Program-made: the position numbers and the translations under genes
Shown here: piece by piece, positions 59,313 through 64,000 of the stretch
Numbering within the stretch: position 1 is the first letter of the stretch
Layout: each line of letters begins with the position of its first letter
Virus record (IMG/VR): IMGVR_UViG_3300001336_000001
Location: 106,836-170,835 of that record
Strand: one strand, 5' to 3'
Length of the DNA stretch: 64,000 nucleotides
Source: a virus
Lineage: Duplodnaviria; Heunggongvirae; Uroviricota; Caudoviricetes
Notes under the pieces: model-generated
What the model saw: only the letters and a program-made list of their open reading frames with translations
Databases searched by the model: none
What the model was told of the DNA's origin: nothing

Positions 59313-59798
59313 TTAGTCATGGATAAAATATTCTTCTCTTGAAAAACACTCGGTTATTTCGTTAATAATATCTGGTATAATTTCTTTAATATTAACCTGA
59401 TATCTAACTGCTGTTGGGAAATAATTACCTGAGAAGATAGATTGGCCAACAATCCTTTTGTTAACCCTTATTTCAAAGGTAAAAAATTCCTCATTTTCAA
59501 AAATATTTCTAGATACATTATCATTTTCAACGTTAAATTCTGAAAATGGGTTATATCTATCCCACAAAAAATCAACTGATTTGCTTTTTAAAAAAGATGG
59601 TATTAAACCACATGAACCAAATTCACCATTGTTCATTCCAGCTAATGAATCCATCAATTTTTTTACCTCATTTGAATTTAAAACATCACTATTATAATTA
59701 TCAATATTAAAATAACGTTGACAAATAATGTGGTTGTTTTTCTTTAATAAAAATTCAAAACTATAGTTCGAATATTTCTTTTTTTGTTTTGTACTCAT
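59313..59798 (-). CDS. Hypothetical protein
   Basis: 161-aa ORF inside the replication cluster. Confidence 0.75.
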   Translation of the reverse strand: MSTKQKKKYSNYSFEFLLKKNNHIICQRYFNIDNYNSDVLNSNEVKKLMDSLAGMNNGEFGSCGLIPSFLKSKSVDFLWDRYNPFSEFNVENDNVSRNIFENEEFFTFEIRVNKRIVGQSIFSGNYFPTAVRYQVNIKEIIPDIINEITECFSREEYFIHD

Positions 59799-59805
59799 AT
59801 TGATT

Positions 59806-60864
59806 TTAATTTAAGATTTTGCTATTTTTTTCTCTATCTACTAACTTTTTAAACGGTAATAAATAATCTTCACTATAATGTTTAATTTCATTGTATATAC
59901 CATCTTCCTTCATTAGTTGATACACATTTTTAATACTTCTATCAGTTGGGTCCAACTCTAGTTCTTTTAGATTTTCTAAATCAGAAATAACACTTTCAGT
60001 TATTAATGGTTTTCTTAGGTTAACTAATAAATCATTTATCTCATATAATTTATCACCTTGTATACCATCAGTAATACCCGAACTAATATTAGTTAATACC
60101 TGCAATGGTTTTTTTTTGTTGGATACCCTATTGTCATTAATCACTTTGGCTTTATTGATAATATCTTCAATACTAACCTTTCTTTCTTTAATCTCTGGGA
60201 AGTGTTCTAAAAGTGTATCTTCACCTAAACGTTTAACACCCTTTATCATATCAGACTTATCACCACAAAGAATTTTAATTAATGCTGAATTACTTAAATG
60301 ATGACCAAAATGTTGGCTATAATTATCCTTGTCAATATATTTTTTCAAATCTATCATATAGATTCTAACACCATCATCTATTAATTGACACATGTCTCTA
60401 TCACTCGTGCAAATTGTTAATAATTCATTCTCTTTTCTGTGATTACAAATATACGCAATTAAGTCATCACTTTCAACAATTTCATCTTCATATTGTCGAA
60501 TAAATAATTCTTCTAGATATTTTTTTATTTGTATTTTTTGGATTAACTCATCCTCATCTACTGGGTGTGTTCCGTTAATATAATCCTTGTTTCTATTGGA
60601 TTTATAATCTTTATAGATATTATACCTCAACTTACCACTAAGTTTACCATCCCAAAATACAAATACTTTGTGATATAAATCATGCTCAATAAGTTTTCTT
60701 AATACTGTTATAAATTGGTACACACCACCTATGTGTTGTCCGTGAATATTGTAAAGGTCTTTGGCTCCGAGAACACTCCTTTTAAAAAGAGCGTTCCCAT
60801 CAACCAATAATATATTTACATTTTTTTCTTTTTTTTCACCGACTCTTGGTGGTCTTCGATTCAT
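59806..60864 (-). CDS. 5'-3' exonuclease / flap endonuclease (T4 RNase H, PolA N-domain-like)
   Basis: LLVDGNALF, VFWDG, ESDDLIA, TSDRDMCQL, ILCGDKSDMIKGVKRLGE. Confidence 0.9.
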   Translation of the reverse strand: MNRRPPRVGEKKEKNVNILLVDGNALFKRSVLGAKDLYNIHGQHIGGVYQFITVLRKLIEHDLYHKVFVFWDGKLSGKLRYNIYKDYKSNRNKDYINGTHPVDEDELIQKIQIKKYLEELFIRQYEDEIVESDDLIAYICNHRKENELLTICTSDRDMCQLIDDGVRIYMIDLKKYIDKDNYSQHFGHHLSNSALIKILCGDKSDMIKGVKRLGEDTLLEHFPEIKERKVSIEDIINKAKVINDNRVSNKKKPLQVLTNISSGITDGIQGDKLYEINDLLVNLRKPLITESVISDLENLKELELDPTDRSIKNVYQLMKEDGIYNEIKHYSEDYLLPFKKLVDREKNSKILN

Positions 60865-60967
60865 TTCTGTTTTTTTAATCGGTTAATACTTTTAATCCAA
60901 CCCTTTAAAACAAATAATTTTTGTCTATTACTACTTTTACTCATTATATTATATTTAATTGTTAATA

Positions 60968-62089
60968 CTACTCCTTTTCGTAACTATCAGTATCAAAATC
61001 TCTTTCGATAACATCGAAATCTTCAAAATTAGTCCCCAACTTTTCGTTTATGAAGTCTTTGTTTTGTTTTACATATTCGTTTTTGTTGTCAGGGTTTAAA
61101 AAACCATGTGGTGTTGAGCAAATAGTACCTTTGTGTTCAATACCATTTACGTGATTTTTTACACATTCAATGTCAGTTCTAACACCAAATTGGTATTTTT
61201 TACCATTGCTAGTTGCGTCTAATTTTTTAGCAGAAGATGTTGATTTACCACCCATGTGAAATATCATCCTAACACCGTATTTGAAACCTTCACCACCATT
61301 ATGCATAATAGTCGCTGGTCCAGCTGGATTTGGTCTCAACCAAATTTTTTGTACCGTTACAAAAGTGTTGATGTATGGTGATGTTTCTCTTCTTGATGCT
61401 GGTATTCTATAATTAAGAATAGACTCAAACGCTCTTTTTAATGCTCCAGCTGTCCATTGATTATTGTTAGTGTTTGAAATTGCACCTTGGTAACAACCAA
61501 TTGAACCGATTGAGTCCCAAGCAAAGGTAATATCATATGGGAATTCACCCCTGTCTTGTTTATCCATTAATTCATTCATGAATCTAGCAATGTCTTCAAC
61601 TACTGGAATAAATCTAAGCGGTTCTTTTTTATTTGTAGCGTTACTATAGTCAAATGTATTATACATCTCTAACAAATCACTACCACCTAAGTATATAAAA
61701 TCATCACCATCATAATCAATAATTTCACCAGTTTCTTCATCAACAACTTCATTAAATTTAAACCCAATCAACTTAGCGTGTTCCCAACTGAAACTACCTT
61801 CAGTATCAAAAATTACGATAAAATCACCTAATTTTTGTGCACCTACAATTGTTTCATAAATCCCTGTTGATTTACCAACATCTGAAAAACCCCTAAATTG
61901 TGTTGTGTAACCCCTTGGTATGCCAGGTAATCCAACCGCATCATGAAATGCTTTTTTAAATGGAATCCAAGCTAATTCCTTTTCTTTAACAACTTGTTTA
62001 CCTAAACCTAATGACTTTTTAAAATCTTTAGTGTTAAATGGTTTTTTTTGAATATTTTTTTTGGGTAAAGTTTTTTTTGTATTACTCAT
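60968..62089 (-). CDS. recA: RecA/UvsX-like recombinase
   Basis: GIPRG, Walker A GFSDVGKST, FDTEG, AWDSIG, GGEGFKY; start moved to ATG 62089. Confidence 0.75.
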   Translation of the reverse strand: MSNTKKTLPKKNIQKKPFNTKDFKKSLGLGKQVVKEKELAWIPFKKAFHDAVGLPGIPRGYTTQFRGFSDVGKSTGIYETIVGAQKLGDFIVIFDTEGSFSWEHAKLIGFKFNEVVDEETGEIIDYDGDDFIYLGGSDLLEMYNTFDYSNATNKKEPLRFIPVVEDIARFMNELMDKQDRGEFPYDITFAWDSIGSIGCYQGAISNTNNNQWTAGALKRAFESILNYRIPASRRETSPYINTFVTVQKIWLRPNPAGPATIMHNGGEGFKYGVRMIFHMGGKSTSSAKKLDATSNGKKYQFGVRTDIECVKNHVNGIEHKGTICSTPHGFLNPDNKNEYVKQNKDFINEKLGTNFEDFDVIERDFDTDSYEKE

Positions 62090-62115
62090 ATTTTGTAAAA
62101 TTAAAATAGTTATAA

Positions 62116-62145
62116 TAAAGGTGGTATATAAAAACACCACCTTTA
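62116..62145 (-). terminator. Hairpin between ssb and recA-like genes
   Basis: TAAAGGTGGT...ACCACCTTTA; U tract weak. Confidence 0.55.
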
Positions 62146-62169
62146 TTTAATTAAACATTAAACATTAAA

Positions 62170-63111
62170 TTAGAATGGTAGGTCGTCATCATCCTCATCA
62201 TCCTCATCATTAGACAATGGTTGTGTTGTAGTTACCGAATTTGATTCTGGTGTTGTTAATGGCTTATCTTTCAAGCCCATTTCCAATTCTTGTTCAAGAA
62301 CATCAGTATCATCATCTTGGTTGTCACTACCTTTTTTAGCTTCAACTTCTAATTTACCAACATACTTTTTACTTTCTTTATCCCAAACTGGAACATCACC
62401 TTTAACTACGATTTTTAGATAATCATAATTTCTAATTGAGTACACGTCTTTCCAAGTTCTAGTGTCTGATGTCCATTCATCAATTTTAGCTTGGTTTGTA
62501 CTTAGTGGGGATTTTTCTAATGGATAAGTAATAGCCTGAATCATAGGTATACCATCTTTTTTGTTTTTAGTAAAATCTCTAGCTATTTCAATGTTTAAAT
62601 CACGTCCATTTTCAACATCAGTAATGTCGTGACCGACAGCTCTAATAACTTTCATAATTTTGTCTAAGGTCCCTTGTTTTCTGTAATCTCTAGGTATTCT
62701 CCAGAATTTAACCCCATCATCTTCATTATCTCTATCGATAACTTTAATGATGTAGTATTCTCTGTCAGAATACTGTTTAGCTAACTCTTTATCACCATCA
62801 TCACCAGATGCTAATAAAGCTTCTCTGGCTTCACAAAATGGACAATCCTCATTTAACTCATGCTTAAGGCATGGTAATGTTTTCCATTGACCATCAATAT
62901 TTTTTTTGTGTGCACGTAGTGTGTCCCAGAATAGTGACTCACCTTCAGCTGGTGGTAGAATTCTAATTCTCTTAGTAGAATCATCAACACCTTTAGGTAA
63001 TGATGTGTTAAAATAGTTTTTTAAATCATACGTTTTTTGAGAACCGTTATCTCGTTTTCCTTCGTGAGTTGCTTCGTAAGCTTTAAGCATCTCGTTAAAT
63101 AAATCACTCAT
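62170..63111 (-). CDS. Single-stranded DNA-binding protein (T4 gp32-like)
   Basis: RIRILPP, CLKHELNEDCPFCE Zn site, acidic C-terminus ending DDDDLPF. Confidence 0.85.
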   Translation of the reverse strand: MSDLFNEMLKAYEATHEGKRDNGSQKTYDLKNYFNTSLPKGVDDSTKRIRILPPAEGESLFWDTLRAHKKNIDGQWKTLPCLKHELNEDCPFCEAREALLASGDDGDKELAKQYSDREYYIIKVIDRDNEDDGVKFWRIPRDYRKQGTLDKIMKVIRAVGHDITDVENGRDLNIEIARDFTKNKKDGIPMIQAITYPLEKSPLSTNQAKIDEWTSDTRTWKDVYSIRNYDYLKIVVKGDVPVWDKESKKYVGKLEVEAKKGSDNQDDDTDVLEQELEMGLKDKPLTTPESNSVTTTQPLSNDEDDEDDDDLPF

Positions 63112-63139
63112 AAATTTTAATTTAAATTATTAATTATTG

Positions 63140-63170
63140 CAAATATACTACATTATATATTTCATTTCAA
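63140..63170 (-). promoter_or_regulatory. Bacteroidota-type promoter TTG-N20-TATATTTG
   Basis: CAAATATA 63140-63147 and CAA 63168-63170 on the + strand. Confidence 0.7.
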
Positions 63171-63236
63171 TCAAACCAATAAAAAAAAAGAGATATTTTT
63201 TTTACCTCTTTTTTTTTATCACACTTTTTTTTATTA

Positions 63237-64000
63237 TTAAATATCTTCGACATCGAAACTATTTCTAATTTCTTTGTCACTATAAGCTTGGTTAACATCA
63301 TCTTGTGTTAACGTATATTCTTCTGGTTTTTGATTTAAATCAGAGCCTGTATCATGTGTATCACTTTTTTCACCCCAAAAGTCTGTTAATTTAATATTGT
63401 ATGGGTAAGAATCTAAAGAACGCATTTCTAACTTTTCTACTGGAGTTGGGTTTCTTCGTTCAATTTCTTTTTCTAACCCATCTATTTTAGAAGTTATTTG
63501 GTCCATAGATGATAATTGTTGCTCTAACTTACTAACCATGTTCATTAATTCAGCAACTTTACTATTTGCAGCATCAGCAGATTCTTTTGCTGCTTCAGAA
63601 CCTTTAACTAATTCAGTAACATCTAACTCAATCTCATCCGATGTATCTTCAATTGGTTCTTCAATACTCATATCACTATCAATAGGTTCGTCACCCATTT
63701 CGTCTTCTGGTTCATCTGGTATGTCTAATGATTCCTCTGAGTCCTCATCACCACCTTCTTCACCATCTAAATCAGAGGTGATATCAGCTATATCTTGTTC
63801 AAAGTCGTCAGTCTCTTCCTCTTCTTCAGAGATAGAACCTAATAAAATATCTTCGTCTCTTGGGTCTTCTGGTCTTTCATGTTCAAAACCAACAATGGGA
63901 AAATTCTCAGAAACAGTTTTGTCGTCTAAATAGTAATCATAACCAGTTAGCATTTTAAAACGTTTTAATTCTTCGTTTAGTAAATCCTTATTTATTTTTT
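63237..64000 (-). CDS. Acidic hypothetical protein, N-terminus beyond the window edge (possible head scaffold-like)
   Basis: Frame stays open upstream of the track start (KINKDLLNEELKRFK-MLTGY); long D/E-rich tract and coiled coil. Confidence 0.75.
   Translation of the reverse strand, partial: KINKDLLNEELKRFKMLTGYDYYLDDKTVSENFPIVGFEHERPEDPRDEDILLGSISEEEEETDDFEQDIADITSDLDGEEGGDEDSEESLDIPDEPEDEMGDEPIDSDMSIEEPIEDTSDEIELDVTELVKGSEAAKESADAANSKVAELMNMVSKLEQQLSSMDQITSKIDGLEKEIERRNPTPVEKLEMRSLDSYPYNIKLTDFWGEKSDTHDTGSDLNQKPEEYTLTQDDVNQAYSDKEIRNSFDVEDI

Noticed and set aside
288-63933. The many 60-180-aa + strand ORFs lying inside long minus-strand genes (e.g. 6419..6856, 13608..14153, 20499..20942, 38688..39164, 63538..63933)
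   Set aside because: Ser/Leu/Phe/Ile-rich antisense shadows of real genes, with no promoter or motif support
1-64000. Stop-codon reassignment as in some large phages
   Set aside because: Conserved genes (nrdA, nrdB, clpP, dnaB) are full length in code 11, and TAA, TAG and TGA all end genes at expected positions

Overview
AT-rich, gene-dense 64-kb segment of a large (jumbo/huge) myovirus-type phage genome, almost entirely on the minus strand, standard genetic code. The host is probably a Bacteroidota bacterium: repeated TTG-N20-TAnnTTTG promoters, a Bacteroidota-type primary sigma factor homologue, an Hc1-like histone protein, a lipoprotein and SprB-like repeats all point that way. From left to right: (1) an accessory region with a dNMP-kinase-like gene, FKBP PPIase, a tmRNA with an unusually long 26-aa tag, ClpP, and a DUF2828 (TROVE/vWA-like) gene followed by an unannotated structured RNA; (2) putative head/internal proteins and a lysis-like cassette; (3) sigma factor, SbcCD (gp46/47), a PD-(D/E)XK nuclease interrupted by a Gly1 class-3 intein, an ART-like gene, primase and RuvC; (4) about 26 kb of tail/baseplate genes ending in gp6- and gp25-like wedge genes; (5) nrdAB, DnaB-type helicase, 5'-3' exonuclease, RecA/UvsX and gp32-like SSB. 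All product calls come from motif recognition by eye; no database search or folding program was run. The best leads are the DUF2828 + structured RNA unit, the Gly1 intein, the long-tag tmRNA beside ClpP, and a late promoter/N-terminal motif that may mark head-packaged proteins.
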